A stretch of 64,000 nt of DNA from positions 129,210,001 to 129,274,000 of the forward strand of contig NW_024704742.1 in NCBI RefSeq assembly GCF_018977255.1, given 5' to 3'. Under the pieces are notes generated by a model, which had not been told where the DNA came from, ran no database searches, and worked only from the letters and a program-made list of their open reading frames with translations. Shown in pieces: positions 1-11,961 of this stretch. Position 1 is the stretch's first letter. Each line of letters begins with the position of its first letter. The position numbers and the translations under genes were made by a program. Source of the DNA: Callorhinchus milii. Its lineage: Eukaryota.

Positions 1-191
1 GAGATAAAATTGCCAAATTAGCGGTTAGTTTACGGCTTGTGATGAAACATTTTCTTTTCTGCGTTTGGTTTCGACATGCAATCCTTTTGAGAACTTTAGA
101 CAATGTAACCGAGATCATAAACAGAATAACATGCTAAAAACATCTCGGGGATAAAGTACAAAAAAACAGAGCTTTCCTGTTCTGTTTCCAG

Positions 192-240
192 TCTGAGTTA
201 ACGCATTTTTCAAAGAACTGTTCTTGATATTTATTGTACG
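192..240 (+). other. Candidate non-coding (5'UTR or lncRNA) exon
   Basis: Pyrimidine tract ttcctgttctgtttccAG before it and a strong donor ACG|GTAAGA after it. It has stops in all three frames and lies in a CpG-retaining region. Confidence 0.3.
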
Positions 241-639
241 GTAAGAGGCATTTTTTTTAAAAAGCGCAAAGGATAGACATTTCACTGTGAAAATAACGTT
301 TGATAAACAAACCGAGGGGAGAAAAAAAAACTAGCCTGTTATTAAATCAAGTTGCTGAGGCGGAGTAGTTTGTTGTATTTGTTTACTTTTAGAAATGTTA
401 GCTGACTCCGTGGGTGTAGTTAGTATCATGAGCTTTAGTCTAAAAACAACCTGTGGTTTTTAACTCGCATTCATGTGGTTGACTGACAGCCCCAGTGCAA
501 TAAACTGAAAATGACTTTGCAGTTCCATAACGAAAGCTGCTTTAAGGTTGTTTTTCTCCAAAAGCAGTTATTTTGGAAGCATTTCTGCATCCCCCCACCC
601 CCAAGCTATAAGATCGAATAGGTAAATAATGTATAATAT

Positions 640-950
640 TAATAGTAATTCTTACATTTGATATAGCGCCTTATCACATAGTCGAGGCATCTCAAAGCGC
701 TTACAGAATTTACTGTAAAGTGAATTGACTTGCCGAAAATGGCAAAATTTGTTCTGCTGTGGACGGTGAAAGATGATGGTGAACAACAACAACAAATTAC
801 ATTTACACAGAGCCTTTCACATCAGAAGGACGTCCCAAGGCGCTGGATAGTCAGGGATTTGGACCCGAGGAGGGGTGGAAGGCAAGGAGGGTAGGTGTAG
901 GAGGATGACCGACAGTGCGGTCGAAGAAGAGGGTCTTGAGTCGCTCAACA
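640..950 (-). mobile_element. SINE 3' tail (640-731) and L2 LINE 3' tail (783-950)
   Basis: Reverse complements of the shared ...gcgctatatcaaatg... SINE tail and the (ttg)n L2 tail seen throughout the window. Confidence 0.7.
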
Positions 951-1371
951 GGCTTTTCAGCAGGACCATGTTAAAGGACCTGATGTGGGTGCCGTCCATC
1001 TTCATTTGGAAGCTTTATGCCGGGTAAGGATTGCGCAGATTGTAAATTCAGTGTGATTTGGGATTGCCGAGTTTTTAGTGCTTATTACAAAGAATCAGCT
1101 CATAAATTTCAGACCAATCAAAGAAATTTCCACAATTCTGCGCAATCTGACATTTTACGGCAAAATTATGTTATAGGCTAAAACTGCGTGGAATTTGGGG
1201 TCTCATGGGTATCAAGCCAGAAAACAACAAAGGATTAGGGAGGAGGTCTGTAAAAGTTGGACATTCTGAAGGATCTTGTAACTGCCCTATAAATTCATTA
1301 TAGATCTTTGATCGATACAATCCTGCAATAATTGTTCCAGCTCTGTCACCATGTCCGTTAATGTTATTTTT

Positions 1372-1510
1372 GCATAGAATGTACAGCACAGAAACAGGCT
1401 GCTCAGCCCAACCAGTCCATGCTGGGGTTTGTACTCCACCCATTCCTTACTCCATTCCTTACTCTCTTCCTTACCCTTCTAATCCCCTCTCCCCCATTCT
1501 TGCAACAATT
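1372..1510 (-). mobile_element. CR1 LINE 3' end fragment
   Basis: catagaatgtacagcacagaaacaggc... is the reverse complement of the CR1 tail at 18200-18260. Confidence 0.65.
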
Positions 1511-1524
1511 TCACTAATACTGAA

Positions 1525-1616
1525 GAATGAATAAATGAATAAATGAATAAATAAATGAATGAATGAATTGATTAATTGATTAATTGATTAATTGATTAAT
1601 TGATTAATTGATTAAT
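1525..1616. repeat. Compound microsatellite (GAAT/AAAT)n then (AATTGATT)n
   Basis: Directly visible tandem units. Confidence 0.95.
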
Positions 1617-1702
1617 TTTTGGTCAGCTGGGTATGCGTCACAAGTGGATACCCATCGCCACACTTATGAATATCCAAACCAAATACACATTGAAATGTCC
1701 TC

Positions 1703-2003
1703 TAATAATAATAATCCTTGCATTTGATATTGTGTTTTCATGTCTTTTAGATGTCTCAAAGCGCTTCACAGAATATACTCTCAAGTGAATTGACTGCATA
1801 TTTGTGGGAAAAACGTGGCAGCCAATTGCGCACAGCAATCAAGTCGTGGATTGAAGTGACCAATTTTATCATTTTTTTTCTTGAGGGACTAATATCAGGT
1901 AAGTGGAGTAAGGAAAGTTGCCCAAGGTTTTACCCTGCTGGGAATCAAACCCAGGTCTCTCGCTTGCAAGGCAAGTGCTCTAACCACTGAGCTACAGGAC
2001 TCC
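1703..2003 (-). mobile_element. tRNA-derived SINE, short form, near full length
   Basis: tRNA-like head (ggagtcctgtagctcagtggttagagc), Deu-like core (ctgtgcgcaattggctgcc) and (tta)n tail. Confidence 0.9.
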
Positions 2004-2569
2004 AAAACATATTTTGCCTGGATGCAGTACCCACTTTCCCTGGAAGAACATACCCTGCTCATTTAATCCTGGAGAGTATTAGGCGCAGGTTGACAACAGC
2101 CAAGGCTAGGATGTGTGTTGAGTTTAACAAGCTAAAACTACACAGATTGCCATTGGGAACATAGTCTGTCAAGCTTGCCAAGCTAGGATTACCATGCCCA
2201 TTTTGGCTTTGGATTGCAGGTTTAACTGAAGCCAAGCAGAAAGAATCCCTGCCCCCAGTGACTGGTCTTGTTTTCTGGATAATGAGCTGATCATTAGTGC
2301 CTTGGAGTGCTGCAAACGTATCTGATTCATTTTAGGCTCCGAGACCTCACTGACTTCACCTCACCTGCCCCAGCAGGGTAGTCAATAAATAATGGATTGA
2401 AAGAATGAATAACAATTAATAAATGAATAAAAGAATATATTCCTGAATGAATGTATTGTATAATCTATCAAATCCCTGACTGTCCAGGGCCTTCGAATGT
2501 CCTCCTGATGTGAAAGGCGCTATACAAATGTCATTTTATATTTTGTATTCTATTGTACCTATCTTCAGA

Positions 2570-2820
2570 CATGCTGCATGTTGAATGAATGTTAAAGATC
2601 TAATGGCACTTTTTGAAAATAAAAAGGAGTTTCTTCTGGTGTCCTGACCAACAAAGTTCATTGACTTTGTGGCTGTTTTTGGGACATCGCTGTGTGCGAA
2701 TTGGCTGCCGCGTTTGCCTATAAATACAGTCATTACATGTTGCCGTAAATCCTGTGAAGCGTGTTGAGATGTCTCTACGATGTGACAAGCAGCTACATCG
2801 AATCTAAGGATTATTATTAT
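2570..2820 (+). mobile_element. Old Deu-domain SINE, 3' part
   Basis: gttaaagatc..ggcact..ggagtttct..gtcctgaccaac followed by the Deu core and the tail. Confidence 0.75.
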
Positions 2821-3874
2821 CCTGTATCACCATTTTTTCACCATTCTTAGTTGAAAACTATCATCACATAGTTTGCCACAAACTCAGCAGCAGTTAACAG
2901 AGGTGAAAGTTTGATGAGTGATTTGATTTACTTGCACAAGTTAGATTTGAATCTCTCCACTGTTGCTTCTTAATTGTCCAAATCTGGACTTATTTTTGTA
3001 CTGCCTCTGCATCACTTCCACAAAGCCATTCAAGAATTAAAATAAAATCTTTGTTTTTCTTCCAACCACTATTCTCCAGTCCACTATTGTAGCTCTTTTT
3101 ATCTGTATCCTGCACTTAGTTAGCCTGAGGAAATACAGTAATTTGTGGACAGATTAGTTCTAGCTGGAATTTCCAAGCAAAGTCTTATCACCAGTCGACC
3201 CGGATCACTGGACCGGATCACTGGAGTGTGAACAAAAATAACTTGGGTTTCAGGAGAGATTCAAAACTAATTTTGCATCTGGCTTTACTTTCCCAAGTAA
3301 ATCACAACGGGTAGGCAGATTTTAATCAGAATCTGCCAAAACAACTTTTAGGGAAACATGCAGACTACAAATTTAGTGACCATTTGCACAAAGGATGAAC
3401 ATTTTCTCAATGACAAACAGACACAGAAGGAGGAAGCAGGAGTTTAAGAGTGCTGACCAAAGACATGAGCAAAGTGGTTTTTTTTTTTGCAGGGTGTTGA
3501 AGGGAGGGAGAGAAAGTGCAAGAAAAAAGGCCAACAGTCCCCTGTTTGGTCATTCACCCCATGGTCGTTTGTGGGACATTTCTGGCCACAAATTGGCTGC
3601 CATGTTTGCCTACAAAATACAGTCAATACACTTTAGAATAAAATCCTGTGAAGCGCTTAGAGACGTCCTTCTGATATGAAAGGTGCAATATCAAATGTAA
3701 GGATGATGATAATGATATTATTACTATTATTATTGAAAGGATTTGGGGAGGGAGCTACAGAGAGTGGGGTATAGTATTGAAGACTTGACCATTGATGATA
3801 GTGACAGAAAAAATGTGGAACAATTAGCAGACCAGGGATGACAGAATCGAGGGTACAGGCAAAAAAATAGAGCC

Positions 3875-4260
3875 AGTAATAATATTCCTTGCATTTGATA
3901 GTGTGCTTTACATATAAAAATGTCTAAAAGCATTTCACAGAGTGTTCTGGCAAATAAAATGACTAATTTAGAAGTATGCAGCAGCAAATTTGTGCATAAT
4001 ATTGTTCCAAACGCTCTGAGACGCTACCCAGGATGGAGGGCACTATGAAGTTGTTGTTGTTCCAAAATAGCGATGAAGTGACTGACCAATGTTTTCCTGG
4101 GGACTGTTGGCGAAAACACCAGAAGAAACTCCTTTCTCTTTTCATGTGTCATGAGGTTCTTAATTTCCACCTGAACAGTCAGATGAGACCTTAGTTAAAT
4201 GTTTTATCCGAAGGACGGCACTTCCCTCAATGTGGCGCTCCCCCAATGCTGAGTTACCAA
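3875..4260 (-). mobile_element. Old Deu-domain SINE, degraded
   Basis: Reverse-strand match to the 8020-8455 element. Confidence 0.6.
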
Positions 4261-4275
4261 CTGAGCCAGGCTATA

Positions 4276-4640
4276 GGATAATAATAATCCTTGCATTTGA
4301 TACAGCACCTTATCAGGTCGCTGAAACGTCCTAAAGCGCTTCACAGAATATTACTGTAAAGTGAATTGACTGTATATTTTTGGGGTGAAAGGTGGCAGAC
4401 AATTGTACACAGCAGTGTGCCACAAACATTTGTGGATTGAGTAACCAAATTTTAATATTTATTTATTTATTTACCCCCAGAAAGCGATCCACTAATCGAT
4501 TAACAACCAAGTTCCTATTTATTGCTAGCTAAACAGAGGCATGTGGAGTAAAGAAATCTGCCTTAGGTTTTCCCTGCCTGGGAATCAAACCTGGATCCTC
4601 TCACTTGCGAGGCGAGTGATATTAGCAATACCCTACAGAA
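4276..4640 (-). mobile_element. tRNA-derived SINE, long form
   Basis: Head, extra ~70-nt internal segment (ctctgtttagctagcaataaataggaac), Deu core and tail. Confidence 0.8.
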
Positions 4641-5298
4641 CCAACTTTACAGACAGGCTGTGCAAACTGATTCAATGCCCGCTCAGCCACAGAGTGCACA
4701 AGAATATGCACAAGAATATTTGGGGATTATTCTGTTAAAAAATGCATGTCACATGGCTGCTCTTTAATCAAATGAAAAACGATTGCTACTTAGTGGAGCG
4801 CTATTGATGGGGTTTATTGGCAGATGTGCAGAATTCTCATCAGCCTCCGGAGAGAGCAATTGGGAGGGGGAAGTGTAAACCTCGCTTCCTGCTTCAAATG
4901 GCTCCTCTGCTCAGTGCAATGTGGCACGTCCAGCTGTACAAACCAAGCATGAAATGCACTTCCCCAGCAGCCTGGCTTTAAAAAATGATGAGCATTTTTA
5001 GCGTGGCATTTGACAAGCTGGAAGATAAGCATGACCAGCTGGGTTTCTGAGTCAATTGTTTGTTAATGGATCTCCCTAACTAACTAATCACAGCAGGGTA
5101 TCTTTGCTGTGTCAAAATAATTCGACACACCATTTATCTGCCTTCGTCCATGCTGTTCATTGTGTTTGTGCTGGAGCTTGAATTCCATTCACATTGTTGA
5201 GCCACATCATGTTGGCAATGGCAATCTGCCACCTACTGTTACTTATTTGAGGACAAGGCATGATGCATGCGCCAAAGGTACTACAGTAAAGGATTTTT

Positions 5299-5555
5299 AA
5301 ACGCTTCACAGAACACACTGTAAAGTGAATTGACTGTATATTTGTGGGCGAACGCGGCAGCCAATTGCGCACAGCAATTTCCCACAAACAGTCATGGATT
5401 GAAAACGATCAATTTTATTATTGTTTTTGGTTTTGGAGGGATTATTATTAGGCGTGTGGAGTAAGGAAACTTGCCCAAGGTTTCGCCCTGCCTGGAATTG
5501 AACTCAGGTCTCTCACATGCAAAGCGAGTGCTCTAACCACTGAGCTACAGGACTC
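5299..5555 (-). mobile_element. Young short-form SINE lacking its 3' tail
   Basis: Near-identical to 23335-23660 from the head to gtgaagcg, then ends abruptly. Confidence 0.9.
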
Positions 5556-8019
5556 CAGAAATTCAACATTCTTACAAATGGTGTTTTGAGAATGATGGTA
5601 TCATGAAGCACATTTAATCCATTATATGGAGGCATTGCAAAGCTTATCTAGAAATGACCAGCTCATTGATTGTCCTTGAATGTAAAATGTTATCCCTGAC
5701 ACCAAAAATGCTATCGCCCACCCGGATGTTTTCATAATTCAGTTTTAAGGTCTATACAATACTCACAAGGGTGAAAAATGCATTTAGTGTTACAATACAG
5801 TAAAACAAAAGCATTGTAACAAGCGTCACTATAGCCCAAAGTCATTTGTGATGTGGTTGCATGTGGACCCCATTCACTACATTGTATATGCTATGGAGCA
5901 CTTTGGGACGTCCTCCCAATGTGTAAAGCACTATACCGAATGCGAAGATTATTATTATTATCCTTGCATTTGATATACTGCCTTATCATGTTGTCTGGGC
6001 ATACCATAGAGCTTCACAGAATATTCTGTAAAGTGGTGTGAGAGTATTTTATGCGCAAACACAGCAGTCAATTTGCACACATTGTTGTCCCCCAAACAGC
6101 CATGGAGCAAGTGACCAATTTGTATTTACACTAAACAACGCTTTTCACATTGGGGAGATGTCGCAAAGTGCTTCACAGTGCTGGATGGGCATCCAAGTTG
6201 TGGGTGGGTACCGAGGGTGTAGGGAGAGTTAGGGTTAATGAGCCTTGTGCAACTATATGCAACTTTCATTCAAAACACAGCTTGATACTCTGATAGGAGA
6301 TCAGTTGAGTGGGTATTCTAGAAGGATGAGATCAGATGGGACAAAAGATCTTCTTCATCTGTCCTAATCTTGTGAAGATCCCACTCTATTTCCTTGGATT
6401 TAATCTTAACATTTTGGGTAGCCCAGTCGATTTGCACAGAACTGCAAGGCTCTGAGTTCAAATTAGTCTTTTGAGTTGATATATTGAGTAACATGTCTGA
6501 AGACTACCTCCCTGGAGGTAACTAAATGGAGTTGAACTGTCTCAGAAGAGACATGTCTGACAAGACTGTGCAAGATCAAAGTGATCTGAGACATCATTGA
6601 TGGTTGATCAGCCTGTCTGGTTTATCAATAAAGTACAGCTTTGTCCTCAGCCCTGAAAGCCAAAACCCCAAAGGAATATACTCCTTGGGGAGATTGGCAA
6701 ATATGGTTTCTTTGGGGCTGAGCTGGCTCCGAGGTTAAGTGTCTGGCAATAGAATTTTATAGTATCATGGAAATTAACAGACGAGTCACATTGGCTTGTC
6801 AGTAAGACATGGAAGTGCAGACCAATCACTGGAGATAGGGTTTCTTCCCATTTTCTCAACATGATATATATCCTTTTCTCCTTTCTTTATTCCATACTTG
6901 GCTCACAAAGATGCCAAAATAATATGAACAATGCTGGCCGGAGGCTGTGACGTCTATGTGTACGAAGAGACAAAAATAAAATGATGAATCAATCCATTTC
7001 TCCTCAGGGCAACAGTGAATGTTACTGTATGCTTTTAGAGCATCCTGTCAGCTCTGCAATCGCTACCTTCGACCTGCTGGACCTCACAGTTAATTACTAA
7101 TATCCTGGGATTACTGCATAATGGAACCTGTAATCACTGGCAAACAATATTTAATTGTGAGCTCAACTCCCATTATTGAATGAAATTAAATAACTGGCTC
7201 TGGTTTGGTGTGTGGTCAAGCTGAAAATCAACTCAACCAATCAGGTATAATGTTCATCTCCATAGTTACTTGCTCTGAGGATTTCTGATCTGGGTCATTA
7301 ACTTTTCCGCAATTACTTCATTTTCTTTCAATGTAAATATTTCAACTATATCTTAATTTCTTAATTTCAAAGTGCATCACCTTTCTTTTATTTTGCCTAC
7401 CTTTATTTCCACTTGAATAAACATCTAATAGTGCAATACTGTAACATGCAATTAATAGCGGGGGTGGTTAAAGTTTGTAGTGTTTCATGTACGTTCCTTG
7501 TGTTTTGCAAAGTTTGATAACATGTTCCTTTTGCTAACCTAAGCGCTTTGAGACATCATCTCGATGTGCAAGGCACTATATAAGTGTAAATTGTATTGTA
7601 CAGTGTTGAATGTATAATTCACCACTAATGCGTTTTAAGAAATTGTGTCCACTTTGTAATTTGATTAAACATGGATGTCAGCCTGGCCCACATCTCAAAG
7701 ACATGATAAGGAGCTATTTAAATGCAAGGATTATAATTATAATTCAATAGGTGAATGGATTAATAAGAGTTGCATAAATGCAATATTCACTTTATTTCGA
7801 ATCAATTCTGTTTTGCAAAGTACTTTGATGCATTTATTTTACATGAACGGTTTATTTAAATGTGAATTATTGTTATAATATTATCGTAACTGTTGGGGAA
7901 AAAAGGGTTGAGGTCAAAAAATGAATTGGAACCTATTGTTGGATCTTTCAAGTGGACAAGACTTCCTTCATGGATTTAGCTGGCAGGAATCCTCTGACCA
8001 ACTGGTGTCCATTTGTGTG

Positions 8020-8455
8020 TCAGCTTGAACAGTAGTAGCACTCTCGTCTTTGAGTCAGAAGGTTGTGGGTTCAAGCCCCACGTCGGGATTTGGAATCACG
8101 TAATCTAAGATGATGCTCCAATGTAGTGTTGGGGGTTGTTGCATTGTCAGAGGTGCCACCTTTGAATGAGATGTTAAATCGAGGTCCCAGTTGTCTGTTT
8201 AGGGGGATGTTAAAGATCTCATGACACTCTTCGAAAAGAGATGGAAATTCCTCCCAGCGTCCTGGCTTGGAATACCTCAAATAAAATGGGTCACTCACTC
8301 CATGATTGTTTGTGGGACATTGCTGTGCATAACTGGATGCTGCATTTTACCCCAAAAATATACAGTCAATTCACTTTACAGTGTATTCTGTGAAGCACTT
8401 TGAGACGTCTCAAAGATGTGAAAAGACGCTATATCAAATGCAAGGATTATTATTA
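8020..8455 (+). mobile_element. Old Deu-domain SINE (SacSINE1-like), near full length
   Basis: tRNA-like head (gtagcactctcg..gagtcagaaggttgtgggttcaagcccc), long Deu domain (gaggtgcc..gagatgttaaatcgagg) and L2-type tail. The family name is from recall. Confidence 0.8.
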
Positions 8456-9496
8456 AAAACCTCCATCTCATACCTTCCCTCTCTGCTTTCAAAACTGGTC
8501 TATAGCACAATTTATTTGGCTTCACCTCTGCACCTTTGAATGTGTATTTTTGCTGTTGACTCATCTACCGCAATCTGATGACCCTGGAAAACCTCCTCCT
8601 CCTCTTCCTTCTGTTAATAATCCTCAATTCCTGTCCTCTTGTAATAAACCTGCCAATCATTGGAGAAAAATGTACTGCTACTGCATCAAAATCATTCATA
8701 ATTTTACAAATCAGAGTCCTCCCTTAACCTTCCCTGTTGCGTTTTTTCCACGTCTCGCCACATAACACTGATATTATTTTAGTGAATCCCCTAGGTACCC
8801 TCTGCATGACTTGATCCCCTTTCTTTAATGAGGAGCTCAAAGGTGACTCAATACTCAAACATTACTCAACCTCATCACTCCCTTCTCTCAGTGAACACTG
8901 GTCTGCATCATGGCCCTATCTGACCCACTATCGGTAGGCTCCATGCGAGATGGAGTTCGAGAGAGCTATTCTGCCCTGCTCTCTGGAACTCCATCTCAGA
9001 GTCCCTCCAACTGGCTTCTGCCATCCCCTCCTTAAAGCAAGAATTGAAAACATCTCTTTGCTTGCACTTTCGGTCATCTTTCTTCTCCCCAACTCCTCTC
9101 AGCTCCCTCACCAGCTTAGTTGTCCATCTGGCATTGTTAAGCGTTTCAAGTTAACCTCCCGATGTGGAACGTACTACACAAATTTAGATTGTGTTGTGCT
9201 GTAGGATGGTGATGTAATGTTTAATATTATTTTTTTTTATCCATTAACAGAGGATTTGACAAATTTAACACTACCCTTTTGTGTGAACTTTTCGGGAGAA
9301 AGTTGCAGAGATAAATATTTGAGGATAAATAATAAAGGTAATGGGCAAAAATCGGAGAAGATAGCCTCAGTGGGGAAACTAGCACTGGCACAAAAATGAT
9401 GATCTGAATGACTATAAACTGCATGCTTTGCTTCTTGCTATAAACCTTCTATGATTCCATGCTTTAGGCCCTGACACATAAGCTGAATATGAGCAA

Positions 9497-10049
9497 AACA
9501 CAAAATACTGCAGATGCTGGAAATCTGAAACAAAAACAGAAGTCGCTGGCAACACTCAGCAGGTCAGGCAGCATCTACAGAGAAAGGAAAGTGAGTCAAC
9601 GTTTCAGGTCCACAACACTTCGTCAGAACCGGGGCATGTTGGGAAGAAGAGGCTTTTAAGGGCTAACAGAGAGGGCGGAGGCAGAGCAAGGAATACAAAG
9701 GAGAAAATGGGCTAGAGGATAAGGGATGATGGGTTAAAGAGGTGTTAATGATTCAAAACAAAGGGGAGGGGGTGGAATTGCAACAAAATAGGCAGACCAG
9801 AGAGAGAAAAGGTGTGTCTGGGACCCAGATGATGTGGTAATGGTCACAGAAGAGGGGAAGGGGGAAGATGAGCTGTTACGCTCTGAAATTATTGAAATCA
9901 ATATTGAGGACAGAGGGCTGTAAGGTCCCTAGCAAATAAATGAGGGGCTGTTCCTCGAGCTTGCGCTGTGGCTCATTGGAACAGTGTAGGAGACCGTGGA
10001 TGGAAAGGTCAGAGTGCGAGTGGGAGGGAGAGTTGAAGTGGCGATAAGC
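9497..10049 (-). mobile_element. Penelope-like retroelement 3' fragment (GIY-YIG endonuclease C-terminus plus terminal repeat)
   Basis: 10049->9876 translates AYRHFNSPSHSHSDLSIHGLLHCSNEPQRKLEEQPLIYLLGTLQPSVLNIDFNNFRA*, typical of the Penelope ORF end. The terminus is aaaatactgcagatgctggaaatctgaaa. Confidence 0.85.
9594..9630 (-). ncRNA. Minimal type I hammerhead ribozyme motif in the Penelope terminal repeat
   Basis: Minus strand reads GGTT-CTGACGA-AGTGTTGTGGACCT-GAAA-CGTT-GACT: CUGANGA and GAAA cores, imperfect stem II, palindromic ACGU, and stem I GGUU/GACU. Confidence 0.7.
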
Positions 10050-10502
10050 TGAATAGTGTTTGCGGTAACAAGTGCCTTAATATCAGTACAGTTTATTTGC
10101 AGTAAGAAAATAAAATCACGTTGCGCATGACACACCTTGTGCATGGCTGATAAAATTTGAATTTAGATCTCCACTCACTTTAGACTGTTTAATGTTCAGC
10201 TTCCTTGTCTGATACTGTTAGGGGGATTTGTTTTATGATTGTGCTGCGCCTCTGACACACATGTAAACTTTTATATGGCGACAGACCAGCGATTTATCAA
10301 TAAAACTCAGAGAAATCTTTTAGCTGTCAGTAACCACAGGCTCTACAAACACTAAATGTTCTTAGCAGCTGTTAAAGTGAAATTTATTATCCAGCACCTG
10401 CAAAAGTAATTTGGTGTAAAAATCCTTGAGCGTTATACAGATATTTTTAAAACTCCTCTGATAGCCTAGAGACTAAAAACAACACCTGATATTTGCAGAA
10501 AG

Positions 10503-10770
10503 CCAACCAGACTGGAAGGTTCAGATCTCAGTCTGGGGTGAGCTATCGGACATTAGCCAGAGCAGCATTTACTCTCTGTAATTGGCGTCGATGCACCATA
10601 AACTCAGAAGGGTAAATTCAGCTAAAGATTCCTGCTTCTGATACACATCCAGAGCCTTGGCTGCAGAATGCACATGTGTGGATGTCAGAATTTAGTACAG
10701 TGTTTTTTTCTGCATCTATGATGCCCCCCACAGCCAAACAGCCTGCCAGCACTCGTAAGCCTAACACAGG
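10503..10770 (+). mobile_element. Ancient SINE-like repeat (possibly UCON3-type)
   Basis: Degenerate match to 61780-62030 (ggtct..gctgagttatctgatctcagc..ctacaattg..tcagcc..). The family name is an unverified recollection. Confidence 0.5.
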
Positions 10771-11075
10771 AACATAGGAACAGGAGTAGGCCATTCAACC
10801 CCTTAAACCTGCTCTGACATGGTTGGAATCATAGCTGATCTGTACCTCAATGACATTTAACGGCCTTTGCTCCATATCCCTTGATAACTTTATCTAACAA
10901 AAATCTATCGACGTCAGTCTTGAAAATTTGAATGGATCCAGAATCCACACAGCCTGTTAGGTGAGAGAGTTCCAGATTTCCATTACCATTTTGCATGAAA
11001 AAGTGCTTCGTGATTTCACTCCGAAGTGGCCTGGCTCTAATTTTAAGATTATGCCCCTTGTTCTGGATTCCCAAC
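10770..11075 (-). mobile_element. CR1 LINE 3' fragment
   Basis: ORF 10847-11188 contains GHNLKIRARPLRSEITKHFF..IQIFKTDVDRFL, typical of the CR1 ORF2 C-terminus, followed by the tail. Confidence 0.85.
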
Positions 11076-11961
11076 AAGAACAAGAACAACCACAATTTGC
11101 ATGTTATATAGAACACTTTACGTAGCGGAACGCTGGAAGATGAAGAATGGCTGGAGATCACAGGAGAAACATCAATCTCTGAGTTCACTGGGCAAACTGT
11201 TGAAGCTTCACTCTTGTTCTTTAAAACAATCCTTCAATAGTAGGTAGCAACAACAACAACAACAATTGCATCTATATAGCACCATTCACGTGGGAAGGAT
11301 GTTCCAAGGCATTGGGCAGTTGAGGGTTTGAAACAAAGCTTTTTAGGACTTTGGATAGGAAGCGCAGGTTGCAGTTAGACATAGATTTGAAGGGCTGTGA
11401 ACATAAGAAATAGGAGCAGGACTAGGCCATTTGGCCCCTCGAGCCTGCCCTGCCATTTAATAAGATCATGGCTAATCTTCTAACCTAATTCCATTTACAC
11501 CACCTCAGAGCTTTGAGAGGTCTCAACATGATAAGGCGCTGTAACAATGTTTATTATTATTGCTGTGCACAAATTGACTGTTGCATTTGCTGACAAAAAC
11601 ACAGTCACTACACGTTACAGCAATTACCTACATGGCATTTTGAGACATTTCAACGTTATAGGCACTGTATGAAAAATAAGAATCATTGTCATTATTATAT
11701 ATTAAAAGAAGCAGCAACCCTAATTGGTTGCAGTTATGATTTTTTCTCTACAAATCTGAAAATTCTGGCTTAAACAGCTCATTTAAGCCATAATGAAATC
11801 TGAGTTTTAAAGGGCAAAGGTGTGCATTAGGCCAGCTTCCCTTATTGAAATGCAGACGCATCTCATCACACTCAAGCAAAAAAAGGTTGCAAAAAATTGT
11901 CCAAGAAAGGAAGAGAGAGATGCAATCTGCTTTCAAATTCAAGTTCTTTGCCATGAAACAG

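Noticed and set aside
8560..8650. Arg-rich reading RIINRRKRRRRFSRVIRLR (protamine-like) on the minus strand
   Set aside because: It derives from a short (cct)n run and has no start codon or convincing gene structure.
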